Source: a bacterium
GTDB taxonomy: Bacteria; Hinthialibacterota; Hinthialibacteria; Hinthialibacterales; Hinthialibacteraceae
DNA length: 64,000 nt
Direction of reading: 5' to 3'
Assembly (NCBI GenBank): GCA_963662285.2
Contig: CAXXMV010000001.1
Location: 768,001-832,000, forward strand
The notes beneath the pieces were generated by a model. It was not told the DNA's origin. It made no database searches and saw nothing but the letters and a program-made list of their open reading frames with translations. Positions 49,087-60,374 of the stretch are shown piece by piece. Position 1 is the first letter of the stretch. Each line of letters opens with the position of its first letter. Position numbers and translations under genes: made by a program.

Positions 49087-50358
49087 ATGTTAAAAAAAGT
49101 TTTTGCATCAATATTTTTCACTCTTTTGATCATTTCCAAATCAGGTTTTACCGCTACTGAAATAAATCCCTCACAAGTGGATGTCTCTACCCTGACGGGA
49201 AAAATTATGTGCGGCTACCAGGGCTGGTTCGCCTGCCCGGGAGATGGCGCTGACCGTGGATGGGTTCACTATGGAAAACGTGGAGAATTTAAACCCGGCC
49301 AATGCTCTATAGATTTATGGCCCGATGTCAGCGAACTTGACGAAGATGAAAAATATCCCACGTCACTCAAACATGCTGATGGCAGTATTGCTCAAGTTTT
49401 TAGTTCATTGAACCGTAAAACCGTCGTCCGTCATTTCAAATGGATGAGCGATTATGGCATCGACGGCGCCTTCGTTCAGCGCTTCGCAGTTGAGACCTTC
49501 AACAAGAAAAATCTCAATCACTGCAACACCGTGCTGCGTCATTGCCGTGAAGGCGCCAATAAATATGGCCGCGCCTACGCTGTGATGTACGACCTATCCG
49601 GATTACGCGAGGGGCAAATTGATCGCGTTATCGACGACTGGAAAAATCTGGTTGATCAAATGGGTATCACCAAAGATAAAAATGATAAAAGTTATCTGCA
49701 CCATAACGGCAAACCAGTGGTCTCCATTTGGGGCGTCGGTTTTAACGATAACCGCAAATACACCCTGCAAGAATGCGCCAAATTAATCGACTTCATGAAG
49801 AACGATCCAAAATACGGCGGTTGCACTGTCATGCTTGGCGTTCCCACATATTGGAGAACCCAAACTCGCGATACGGTGAATGACCCATACCTGCATGAAG
49901 TCATACTGAAAGCCGACATTATCAGCCCCTGGACCATAGGCCGTTTCGGAACTTTTGAGAATGTTGAACAACATGCCATTAAATGCTTAAAACCAGATAT
50001 GGAATGGTGTAAAAAAAATGACAAAGAATATCTCCCGGTGGTTTTCCCCGGATTCAGTTGGCATAACATGAAGCCCGACGCTCCCTTAAATGCCATCCCC
50101 AGAAGAAGAGGAGCATTTCTCTGGAAACAAATCACTGAAGCCAAAAAATCCGGCGCCACAATGATATACCAGGCCATGTTCGATGAGGTCGATGAAGGAA
50201 CCGCCATTTTCAAATGCACTAATAATCCACCAGTGGGAGACAGTAAATTCTTAACCTATGAAGATATGCCCAGTGATCATTATTTATGGCTGGTTGGCAA
50301 AGGAGGTCAACTAATACGAGGAGAAATACCTCTAACCAATGCAATACCCGATAGATAA
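49087..50358 (+). CDS. Glycoside hydrolase, family 71/99-like
   Basis: CGYQGWF, HFKWMSDYGIDG, YDLSG, FPGFSW and AMFDEVDEGTAIFK motifs, with a signal peptide. Confidence 0.8.
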   Translation: MLKKVFASIFFTLLIISKSGFTATEINPSQVDVSTLTGKIMCGYQGWFACPGDGADRGWVHYGKRGEFKPGQCSIDLWPDVSELDEDEKYPTSLKHADGSIAQVFSSLNRKTVVRHFKWMSDYGIDGAFVQRFAVETFNKKNLNHCNTVLRHCREGANKYGRAYAVMYDLSGLREGQIDRVIDDWKNLVDQMGITKDKNDKSYLHHNGKPVVSIWGVGFNDNRKYTLQECAKLIDFMKNDPKYGGCTVMLGVPTYWRTQTRDTVNDPYLHEVILKADIISPWTIGRFGTFENVEQHAIKCLKPDMEWCKKNDKEYLPVVFPGFSWHNMKPDAPLNAIPRRRGAFLWKQITEAKKSGATMIYQAMFDEVDEGTAIFKCTNNPPVGDSKFLTYEDMPSDHYLWLVGKGGQLIRGEIPLTNAIPDR

Positions 50359-50474
50359 ATAAATTTCCGGAAATATGAATAAACTAAGGCAACAAGCTCA
50401 CTCTGTATTTACTATTCTATTTGAAATTGTTAACATAATATTGTATTTATTCAATCCCATCAGGAGAATGTGAA

Positions 50475-51239
50475 ATGGCTGATTATATAACTCGTAGACA
50501 ATACAATGATTGGATTTCCGACGCTCGCGCAGCTGCGCTTCTCTGCGGCTATCCGGTAGATGATTCAATGGTTAACGACAACACCGGGCTGATTTTCGGC
50601 GATTACGAAGGTCTGGATAACGGGCTGTGGGCTGGTAATAATGAATCTCACGAAAGATTCGTTATTTTTCAAAGCGTCAACAACCCGGCTATCGAAGGTA
50701 TGCCCAAAAGCGCTTTTGTCGGCGCCCAGTATGGCGGTTTGTGCGATAAATGCATGGTTCTTTTCCCGGGTCAGTTTTGTTCAGTGCATTATCATGTCCG
50801 TAAAACTGAATATTACATCGTCATGGGCGGCGAAATGGTGGTTCTCTACAGCCAGGATCGCGCTCCGGGCGGCGAGTATGAAGATGGAACCAACGCTGAC
50901 CTTATCGATACCGCGAAACTACCGGCTGGTACTCCACTTCCCGCTGGAACCCCGCTTCCTAAGGGACGGGAAAAAAGTTATGAAGTAGTTCAGGATAACA
51001 CCCTCGTCCTTAAACCGGGCGATCCCAGATTCCTGCTTCCCCGTAAAACTCCACATGCGTTCTTCTGCCCGCATGACGCCAAAGTCCCGACTGTAATTCA
51101 TGAAGTATCCTGTTATTCCCACGAACCAACCTCTAGCGGTAAAGATTCCTTGCTTAAAGATTGGCAGCATATTCACGACAACGTCTTTCTCCATCCTGGC
51201 ATCAAGGAAGCGCGTCTGGCCAATAATATTAAAGAATAA
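50475..51239 (+). CDS. Cupin, D-lyxose/D-mannose isomerase-like
   Basis: CDK...PGQFCSVHYHVRKTE, PHAF, EVS and DNVF motifs. Confidence 0.72.
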   Translation: MADYITRRQYNDWISDARAAALLCGYPVDDSMVNDNTGLIFGDYEGLDNGLWAGNNESHERFVIFQSVNNPAIEGMPKSAFVGAQYGGLCDKCMVLFPGQFCSVHYHVRKTEYYIVMGGEMVVLYSQDRAPGGEYEDGTNADLIDTAKLPAGTPLPAGTPLPKGREKSYEVVQDNTLVLKPGDPRFLLPRKTPHAFFCPHDAKVPTVIHEVSCYSHEPTSSGKDSLLKDWQHIHDNVFLHPGIKEARLANNIKE

Positions 51240-51276
51240 GTATATAAGATATCATGGTTTATGTTATTTGAATTTC

Positions 51277-51326
51277 AAAACGCCCGTTTCTATTTCAACT
51301 GCGATGAAGAAACGGGCGTTTTTTTT
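51277..51326 (+). terminator. Rho-independent terminator
   Basis: AAAACGCCCGTTTCT/AGAAACGGGCGTTTT stem plus a T tract. Confidence 0.8.
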
Positions 51327-51427
51327 CGCAATTTCCATAAAACCAAGTATACTTTATATTAAAGAAATAATACTTTACGTACCACATCGCAAAACATTGT
51401 ATTACATCACCTCACTTCAGGGAAAAA

Positions 51428-54400
51428 ATGATCCTATCATTCATAAATAATATTGCATTACTCCTGGCATTATGTATTTGTCATTCTTTCATTTTGCAGC
51501 GCTGGAAACCAAATACCTTACTCTATCAAATCAGTACCGGGCTTTTATTCGGAGGAATATGTATTGCTGGAATGATGAATCCCTTTGTTTTAACCGAAGG
51601 GATTATTTTTGATGGACGTTCCTTTGTCGCCAGTATAGCAGGTCTCATGGGGGGACCGCTTACCGCCATTTTTGTGGTTCTGATAGGTGGGGCTTACCGC
51701 ATATGGGGAGTAGGCGGCAGCGGGGCTTTTGTGGGCGTCTGCGTGTTAACCTCTTCCGCCGTCTTAGGCGTTTTATTTCGTTATTGGAAAAAAGGTAAAA
51801 CTGAATTAATTAATCCTATATATCTCTACGGTTTTGGCGTAATTGTTCACATAAATATGCTTCTATGGATGTTCACCTTACCTTCTTCTCAGGTTTGGAA
51901 CGCAATTTCGCATATTTCTTTACCGGTAATGATCTTTTTTCCGATAGCCACTGTTTTGCTTGGCAAAATGCTCCAACAACAAATCAACAATCTTTTAATG
52001 TCTTCAGCTATAAAAAAAGTGAGACGAAATACCGTGAACTGGTGGAAAATGCCAACAGCATTATTCTACGAGTTGACATTAATGGTAACATCATCTTCTT
52101 CAATGAATTCGCTCAAACTTTCTTTGGATACTCCGAAGAAGAGATAATAGGACGTTCAGTTATAGGGACAATCATTCCTGAAATAGAAAGCAGTGGTCGC
52201 GACTTAAGCAATATTGCACAAGAAATTTTCAACAATCCATCTGAATATACAAAATATATCAATGAAAATATAAAGAGCAACGGTGAACGGGTATGGGTAT
52301 CATGGACCAACAGAGTTTTATTCGACGCTGATGGCGCCCCCATAGAAATCCTTTGCATCGGGACTGATATTACTGAACAAAAACGCGCCGAAGAAAATTT
52401 GCGTCTTGATGAATCACGCTTGGAGACATTGCATGAATTAGGACAAATGACTGACGCCTCTTTAAGCGAACTCACAGAATTTTCATTGGAAAAAGCAGTG
52501 CAACTAACCAAGAGTTCAATCGGTTACTTAGCTTTTGCAAATGAAAATGAATCGGTTCTGACTATGCATAGTTGGTCAAAAAATGCTATGAACCAATGCG
52601 CTATAATTGATAAACCCACCGAATTTCAAGTCAAAGATACAGGGCTTTGGGGTGAAGCAGTACGCCAAAGAAAACCAATCATCACTAATGACTATACGGC
52701 GCTGCATCCCACTAAAAAAGGTTATCCTGGAGGTCATATTTCCATCATGCGCCACATGAATATCCCGGTATTTGACCTTGGGAAGATTGTAGTTATTGCA
52801 GGCGTTGGAAACAAGGAAACCGATTATGATCAAACCGATGTCCGACAATTACAACTTTTGATGGAGGGGATGTGGAAACTGATTCAGCGCAAGCACGCTG
52901 AAGAGGCCTTGCGGGAAAGCGAGGAACGCTTCCGTACCCTGGTACAGAATATCCCCGGAGTATGCTATCGCTGCGCATGCGACAATGATTGGACTATGGA
53001 ATACATCAGCGATGATATTGAAATGCTGAGCGGCTATGCGTCCCGTGAATTTATTGCTAACCAAGTACGATCCTATGCATCTATTATCCATCCAGATGAC
53101 GCTCAACTAGTTGAAAAAACCATCATAGACTCGAGAAACACAACCAATGCTTTCACCATTGAATACCGCATCATCCGGTCAGATGATGACATTCGCTGGG
53201 TGTTCGAGAAAGGGCAATTCGTCTTTGATGCAGAGGACAATGTTCGTTGTCTAGATGGAGTAATTGAAGATATTACTGAACATAAAAAAACCTTGGAAGA
53301 CTTAGAAAACTCAGAGGCGCTCTATTCTTCACTAGTTGAAAATCTACCCCAGAACATCTTACGCAAGGATTTGAAAGGTGAATTCACCTTTGTTAATGAG
53401 TATTTTTGCAAAACAATCGGCAAATCCAAGAGCGAATTAATTGGCAAAACCGATTTCGACTTCTACCCCATTGAATTGGCCGAGAAATATAAGCAAGATG
53501 ATCAACAAGTAATCAAAACAGGCCAATTTTTCGAAACTGTCGAAATTAACCAATCAATAAATGGACAAGATAATTACGTCCATGTCTTAAAAACCCCGCT
53601 TAGAGACTCAACCGGGGAAATAATCGGTTTACAGGCTATTTTCTGGGACATAACCAAGCAGCGCCGCCTGGAACAAGAATATAAGACGCTTTTCTGTGAG
53701 ATGCTCGACGGATTCTCTCTACACGAGATACTCTGCAACTCACAAGGCGAGCCTTCTGACTACCGCTTCCTGGCCGTCAATCCGGCCTTCGAACGTATGA
53801 CTGGTTTGAAGGCTAAAGACATAATCGGTAAGACGGTTCTGGAGGTTATGCCTGATACCGAAAAGCATTGGATCGAAACCTACGGTCGCGTGGCGTTGAC
53901 TGGCGAACCAGCCCTGTTCGAAAACTATGCGAAAGAACTGGATAAGCATTTTGAAGTAACAGCCTTCCGCCCCTCGCCAAACCAGTTCGCCTGCATCTTC
54001 GCAGATATCACCAAACGTAAAAAATCCGAGGAAGCATTAAAACAAAGCGAGATGCAACTTGCAGAATCTCAACGAATCGCCCATTTAGGTAATTGGTTTT
54101 GGGATATTCAAACAAATATTATACATTGGTCAGATGAAACTTACCGTATTTTTGGTTTAATTCCAAATGAATCACCCATAACAAATCAAAACTTCTTGAA
54201 CTTTGTTCATCCCTATGATAGTCAGACTCTACAAAACGCCGTTAAAAATGCTTTAGATAATAAGTCTTCTTACAAACTCGATCATAGAATCATACGCAAA
54301 GACGGAGAAACCCGTTTTGTACACGAAGAAGCAGAAGTTATTTTCGATTACGACAACAATCCCATTAAAATGGTTGGCACGGTTCAAGATATAACTGAGC

Positions 54401-55569
54401 GTAAGCATTTAGAAGATCAGCTGTTCCAATCCCAGAAAATGGAAGCAATCGGACATCTGGCAGGTGGAGTGGCGCATGATTTTAACAATATACTAATGGT
54501 CATATCGGGTTATGTGAGTTTTATTATTGAGAAAGAAGATATAGATGCCGGAATTCGCGGCGATGCCATTGAAATAAGAACCGCCGCAGAACGGGCTGAA
54601 TCTCTCACCCGGCAACTGCTCGCATTCAGCCGCAAGCAGGTTATGCAATCTAAAGTCATTAACTTAAACAAATTAGTCATAAATCTAGAGAAGATGCTCC
54701 GGCGTTTGATAGGTGAAGATGTTCAACTCACCACCCATCTATCTCCCGAACTTGGGCAAATATTTGCCGATCCGGGGCAAATTGAGCAAGTAATCATGAA
54801 CCTGGCCATCAATGCCCGTGACGCCATGCCGAATGGAGGCGTACTTGTTATCGAAACATCCAATGTTTACTTGGATCAAACATACGCCAAGATTCATCCT
54901 GATATTCAACCGGGTAATTTCATCATGCTTGCTATCAGCGATACCGGCCAGGGGATGACGCATGAAATTCAGGAAAAAATATTCAATCCCTTCTTTACCA
55001 CTAAAGAAAAAGGCAAAGGAACGGGTTTAGGGCTGGCCACTGTTTATGGAATCGTTAAACAAAGCGGCGGCAACATCTGGGTATACAGCGAACCGGGCAA
55101 AGGCGCCACTTTCAAAGTCTATTTCCGCCAAACTGATAAAAGCGTTGAATCATACGCAAAAGATATAAATATTTCCGGTTCTTCCCAAGTTTCAGAAACA
55201 ATCCTGGTAGTTGAGGATGAAACCGGGGTCAGGAAGATTGTTATTCGTTTATTAGAAAAACTTGGTTATAAAATTCTAGAATCGAGTAATGGAGAAGAAG
55301 CCATTCTGGAATGCGAGAAACATCAAGGCAAAATAGATTTACTCTTAACCGATGTTATAATGCCTAAAATGAGCGGCAAAGAGTTATCCGGTATTATTTC
55401 AGCGAAATACCCTAATATCAAAACTCTATTCATGTCAGGTTATACAGACAATATCATAGTACATCATGGCGTATTAGATGAAGGATTTGAATTAATTCAA
55501 AAACCGATTGCTCCTGAAGAATTATCACGCAAGGTACGCGAGGTTTTAGATACTAAAATATTCATATAA
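51428..55569 (+). pseudogene. 5TM-5TMR_LYT, multi-PAS/GAF hybrid histidine kinase with receiver domain, split by a frameshift at A7 (52012-52018)
   Basis: ORF 51428-52147 encodes the LytS-type membrane domain (IFDGRS...GGP). The -1 frame continues SETKYRELVENANS into PAS/GAF, AHDFNN and LLLTDVIMP. Confidence 0.8.
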
Positions 55570-55665
55570 GTCATATTTATCTGTTCAAACAATGAATTCT
55601 GGCAAAACTTTTGGGTAAAGATCAACTCAGTGGGAGAGGGGATGCATAGAACATGTGTGGTTGGA

Positions 55666-56400
55666 TCAAGGTATAAAACGCAGTCTAATGGTTAACCATA
55701 GAAACTTGATATTGCCAATCAGGTAACGCTGCCACATGCGTCTTGGCTCCATGCATAAACGGTGCAGCCATTCGAGTCCGGTTTTGCGGAGGATCATCGG
55801 GGCGCGGGGGATATTTCCCGAATAGAAGTTGAATAATCCTCCGACGCCCATGCCGATTTTGGCGCCGGTTTTCTCCAAGTTCTGATTAATCCATTTTTCC
55901 TGAAGGGGGACGCCCATCGCCGCTAGAAGTAGATCGGCTTTGGATTGGCGTATCTGCCGCACAATATCTTCATTATTTTCGGGGGTAATAAATCCATGAT
56001 GCGTTCCACAGAATATTAAACCAGGGTGGGTCTCCAAAGCGCGTCGCTGCATCTCTTCAGCAGTTCCCGGTTCGGCGCCTAGCAGGTAGATGCGGTAACC
56101 GGTTCCTTCAAGCGCATCGAGCAGCAAGGGATACAAATCGGTGCCATTGACATTATCAACTAATGGACGGCCATGAATGTTGGCGGCGATTTTCATTCCC
56201 ACGCCGTCGGCGAAGGTATAATCTGCATTCTGTAGTAGTTCAAGGTATCCCGAATCGGTTCGGGAGATGTTAACGCAATGCGCGTTGACAAAATACATCT
56301 GAACGGATTTTTGGCCAGCTAGAGTATTGAGGATCAGGTCTATCGTTTCCTGAAGCGTGATATTGGTTATGGGGATATCGAAAAGCGTCATCACATTCAT
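55666..56400 (-). CDS. WecB/TagA/CpsF family glycosyltransferase
   Basis: ADGVG, GTDL, MGVPLQEKW and RAP...GLEWLHRL..EPRRMW.RY motifs. Confidence 0.93.
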   Translation of the reverse strand: MNVMTLFDIPITNITLQETIDLILNTLAGQKSVQMYFVNAHCVNISRTDSGYLELLQNADYTFADGVGMKIAANIHGRPLVDNVNGTDLYPLLLDALEGTGYRIYLLGAEPGTAEEMQRRALETHPGLIFCGTHHGFITPENNEDIVRQIRQSKADLLLAAMGVPLQEKWINQNLEKTGAKIGMGVGGLFNFYSGNIPRAPMILRKTGLEWLHRLCMEPRRMWQRYLIGNIKFLWLTIRLRFIP

Positions 56401-56424
56401 ATCAGATACAGTTCCCCGAATATT

Positions 56425-57615
56425 CTAAACCAATTCTTTCAACATGTTAAAAAATGGCGGCAAAATGGCGCCGGGACGAAATTGCTGCATTGATGCAGCG
56501 CAAGCCTCGCGATTATATTTTTGCGGATTATCAATCACGCCGCAAAGGGCATGGGCTAATTGTTCGGGCGTTGATTGTTCCACAATAAGCCCGGTTACAC
56601 AGTGCTGAACCAAAGCGCGTATCTCGCCCACATTGGTTGATACGACCGGCAAACCGCAGGCCAGCGCTTCCATCACGCCTATAGGCATCCCCTCGAATTT
56701 AGATGACATCAGGAACACATCGCTAATGCGCAATGCATTAGCTAGATCAGGCGCAGATAACGAGCCAAGCATACAGACCTTATCGCATATATTAAGGCTT
56801 TCGATGGTTTGCTCCATGCGAAGCCTCATACCGCCTCCGCCAGCCAGCGCGAGACGTATATCAGGATTTTGCGCCGCTGCCAGGGCGAAGGATTGCAGCG
56901 CCAATATGGGGTCTTTCTGCTCTTCCCATCGGCAGGCGAAAAGAATCAAACAGGTGGAATCGGAAAAATTGTGTTGCTGGAGAAACTGTTGACGAAGTTG
57001 TTCTCTTGGATGATCGCTGATTGGCGAGAAAACATCATCGCTATACCAGGTTGATAAAAAAGATATTTGGTCATGATGCGATGGATAATTTTGCTGTAAG
57101 TATGCCACGCCCTCGCGTTGGACGGAATAAATAAATCGGCTGCGGCGCACCGCTCGCGCTTCGGCCATCCGGTAGAGCCACGGAGCATGACGCCAACGTA
57201 CTTCTGACCGGGGGCTAACGATCTCTCTTGGGTCGCCATGAACGCAGAGGATATTGCTCTTGGCTGGCACAGAGGAAAGAGCGAGCGGCTCGACTCGATG
57301 ATAGATGACCATGTGATCCTGCAAGTCAAAATTCTTAAATCTTAGCGCCAGGGGGAAACGTAGAAACAATGGTATTCTAGTGCGTTTATTGGGTTGTTGG
57401 TCAGCCAAGACGGGATAGAAGCGAATCGGTCTGCCACAGAATTCCAGCGTGCTCCATTGCCCGATGGGGCGCTGCGCTGGATATTCGGAAACGCCTATTA
57501 GAGATAGTTCGAAATCTTCTGGAGCATGTTGCAGCATAGAACGGATAACGGATTCGATGCCGCCGATTTTACTACCCCACGGATCAAAAGGGTGGATGGT
57601 TGTGAGTTTCAGCAT
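56425..57615 (-). CDS. Glycosyltransferase family 4
   Basis: SKFEGMPIGVMEALACGLPVVST motif. Confidence 0.9.
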   Translation of the reverse strand: MLKLTTIHPFDPWGSKIGGIESVIRSMLQHAPEDFELSLIGVSEYPAQRPIGQWSTLEFCGRPIRFYPVLADQQPNKRTRIPLFLRFPLALRFKNFDLQDHMVIYHRVEPLALSSVPAKSNILCVHGDPREIVSPRSEVRWRHAPWLYRMAEARAVRRSRFIYSVQREGVAYLQQNYPSHHDQISFLSTWYSDDVFSPISDHPREQLRQQFLQQHNFSDSTCLILFACRWEEQKDPILALQSFALAAAQNPDIRLALAGGGGMRLRMEQTIESLNICDKVCMLGSLSAPDLANALRISDVFLMSSKFEGMPIGVMEALACGLPVVSTNVGEIRALVQHCVTGLIVEQSTPEQLAHALCGVIDNPQKYNREACAASMQQFRPGAILPPFFNMLKELV

Positions 57616-58916
57616 GGGGCTCGATCATCTTCTGGTTGAATTTCATGAGATTGTCTACCGGGTATTCGTCCAGACGCAGCCCACCCCAAAGCGAGCGCAA
57701 AAATTAACCACAGGCAATACTGATAGGCCGTTGCGATTATCAGGTTATCATTGGCGCTTCCGGCCAGCCATGAAGCATAAATGGCGATAGCCGCCCAGAT
57801 AAAATGACGCACCGGAGGCGCATTGGCTCTTCGATGCGCCCTGAATAAGACCCATCCAAGACCTAGCAGCATCCCGATGTTTATTACAAAACCGATCACG
57901 CCGCCATCAATCATAAAACGGACATAGTCGTTATGCGGTTCCTGCCCCGGCCCGGTTCCATTCAAAACTTTGTTGGGATTGACATAGGGTGCACTATCAA
58001 GCCCATAACCATAATAGGGGCTTTGGGTCCAGGAGCGGTATAGAAAACGCCAATTAAGCAGACGCCAGACCAGCGATGAAGTTTCCCGGCCAGTGCGCTC
58101 GATCTCATCCAGGTTATCCCATTGGGTGATGACGCGGATGCGTTCCCGTCCGGTTGGCGTGGTGACGAATAAGATTACGAAAATCATCATAAAACAGAGG
58201 ATGCTGTAGCGCAACCAGCGGTTTTCTCCGATAGCGATAATCATAATCAAGACGCCCAGCATTCCCGCGCCGGTAAAGCTGAAAGTAGCTATCAAAAGCC
58301 CCAGGATTAACAATAAAAGCAGAATCCAGCCCGTGCGCCGTTCAGCCCAACGGCATTTCCAATAGGCCGCGCCAGCCATCAACACCAGGTAGAAAGAGAA
58401 CGGATTGGGATGCACGAAAGTACTTTGAATGCGATGGGCTTCCTGCACCTGCATACCCTGATGAAATGCGATTTGGTATAATCCGGTCAGGGCGGGAACT
58501 ATCATAGATAGAAACAGAACAGCCAGAATGCGCTTGCCCTGGCCTTGCATCGTCATATTCAAGATAACGATAAAAAAGACAACGATGGATAACAGGCGCA
58601 GCCATTCGCGCACCGAAGCGATGCGCGATGCGCCATGAACCAGAACTGGACCAACCGCCCAGGGGATCATGAGAACTATCCAGATCAACAAAATTTTAAC
58701 TATGGGCTGCCCAAACATTAGGCGACGCTGAGAAGGTTGCAGCACGACCATCCACCAGACGCCCAGTGCGATAACCGCCATACTGCATAATCCCGCAGGA
58801 TTAAGCGATGCTGGACCAATAGACAACGTTAAATCCGTCGTGGCATCAAGAGATGGACGAATTATTATCAGCGCCAGGAAAAAACCTTCAATCCAACTTC
58901 GCATCCGGTCGGTCAT
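57609..58916 (-). CDS. O-antigen ligase/polymerase (Wzy_C) family protein
   Basis: Multi-TM, with STFVHPN, WR...W, GYG and PHNDY motifs. Confidence 0.88.
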   Translation of the reverse strand: MTDRMRSWIEGFFLALIIIRPSLDATTDLTLSIGPASLNPAGLCSMAVIALGVWWMVVLQPSQRRLMFGQPIVKILLIWIVLMIPWAVGPVLVHGASRIASVREWLRLLSIVVFFIVILNMTMQGQGKRILAVLFLSMIVPALTGLYQIAFHQGMQVQEAHRIQSTFVHPNPFSFYLVLMAGAAYWKCRWAERRTGWILLLLLILGLLIATFSFTGAGMLGVLIMIIAIGENRWLRYSILCFMMIFVILFVTTPTGRERIRVITQWDNLDEIERTGRETSSLVWRLLNWRFLYRSWTQSPYYGYGLDSAPYVNPNKVLNGTGPGQEPHNDYVRFMIDGGVIGFVINIGMLLGLGWVLFRAHRRANAPPVRHFIWAAIAIYASWLAGSANDNLIIATAYQYCLWLIFALALGWAASGRIPGRQSHEIQPEDDRAPC

Positions 58917-60064
58917 ATCAACGCTTCCATAATGGTTTGAGCGATAATGTCGGAAACGGTAATCGGATTGCCCGACATGCTGTTTCCCATAGACATTTTA
59001 ACCAATAAAGGAATTTCGTCCTTAGGAATCTTAAATTCGCTCAAATCTGAGGGAATATTAAATTGCTTATTAAGATCAAACATATAATTGATGATCAAAT
59101 CGGCGTACTCGCCTTTTTTAAGTGATTGATCATCAGTAATCAAGCGGCCTAACCTAGCAATTTTATCATGTTCGGCGCATCGGTTGAACTTTAATGCATG
59201 AGGCGTGAGGATGGCGCACGCTTTGCCGTGGGGAATATCGTACAGCGCTCCCAGTCCGGCAGCGAATCCATGGGCCAGACCCAAACCAGCGTTAGCGAGG
59301 CATATACCACTGATAGTGCTGGCCAAGAGCATCTTCTCGCGCTGCTCAATTTGAGAACCATCCTGGAAAACCTCCTTGATAACTGGCAGCGCCAACTCCA
59401 AGCCATAAAAGGCCAAAGCGTCGGTGATAGGAACCGCGCGTTTACTGATATAAGACTCGATCAGCTGAGTTATAGCGTCCATCCCGCTGTAAGCTGTCTG
59501 CTCAGCGGGGAGAGACAAACTCAGTTCGGCATCAAGAATGGCTACTGACGGGTAAAGATGAGGGCTGCGGAAACTCTTTTTGAAGCGTCCTTTAGGCGAA
59601 CGGATAACGGCGTTGCGCGTCACTTCGGCGCCAGCGCCCGCAGTAGTTGGCATGGCTATATGGGGCAGGCCGGGTTTGGTGACAGGTTTTCCGGCGCCGA
59701 CGCCTTCGAGATAATCCTCTATCACGCCGCCATTGGTTACTAATCCAGCCACAGCTTTAGCCAGATCGATCACCGAACCGCCGCCCAGTGATATAACCAT
59801 ATCGCATTGCGCCGCTTTGGCGGTTTGGGTCGCGCTGCCAGTCATCTCGACCGATGGTTCACCGTAAGGCTTAATATATTCGACGACCTGTATGTTTTTC
59901 GATGCCAGGGAATGCAAGGCTTTTTCAGCGCATCCACTTTTGCTAACCGATGCGCTCAGTGCAACGAATGCTTTGTTCCCCATTGAAGATGCAATATCCC
60001 CGACACGGGAAACGGCGCCTTGGCTGACAATCAATTGCGTAGGACTAAAGTATTGAAAATCCAT
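58913..60064 (-). CDS. Iron-containing alcohol dehydrogenase
   Basis: GGGSVIDLAK, PTTAGAGAEVT, GMDA and GLAH...PHG motifs. Confidence 0.92.
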   Translation of the reverse strand: MDFQYFSPTQLIVSQGAVSRVGDIASSMGNKAFVALSASVSKSGCAEKALHSLASKNIQVVEYIKPYGEPSVEMTGSATQTAKAAQCDMVISLGGGSVIDLAKAVAGLVTNGGVIEDYLEGVGAGKPVTKPGLPHIAMPTTAGAGAEVTRNAVIRSPKGRFKKSFRSPHLYPSVAILDAELSLSLPAEQTAYSGMDAITQLIESYISKRAVPITDALAFYGLELALPVIKEVFQDGSQIEQREKMLLASTISGICLANAGLGLAHGFAAGLGALYDIPHGKACAILTPHALKFNRCAEHDKIARLGRLITDDQSLKKGEYADLIINYMFDLNKQFNIPSDLSEFKIPKDEIPLLVKMSMGNSMSGNPITVSDIIAQTIMEALI

Positions 60065-60137
60065 GATTCCCCTTAAAAACCTGCAGTAATGTATCATTCA
60101 TTTTATACAACACTTAACTTAGATATAGTGCATGTTA

Positions 60138-60246
60138 TAGCGATAATTAAAATAACGTGCGTTAATGAGGTTGTAAAAGTTCTCAAAAGATGGGACTTTT
60201 CACGAATCCAACGTTTTCAATACACATACATCTTCGATAACCACTA
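60138..60246. repeat. MITE-like family B, diverged copy
   Basis: Aligns end to end with 38931-39041 and is bounded by TAG...CTA. Confidence 0.7.
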
Positions 60247-60374
60247 TATAAGATATAATTAAATATGGCCTGTTACTAGATTCCACGGAGATCGTTCTTC
60301 CTCTGGACGAAGAGTACTGACTAAACTACCATCATTAGTTCGATATAACTATATATTGCGTGGATATCATAAAC

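Noticed and set aside
50426-50460. dif-like site (TTATGTTAACA on the minus strand)
   Set aside because: Only the XerD arm resembles dif. The spacer and XerC arm do not fit, and the site lies in a probable promoter region.
50918-50960. Short LPAGTP tandem repeat in the cupin
   Set aside because: Small in-frame duplication in a probable loop, with no evidence of special function.
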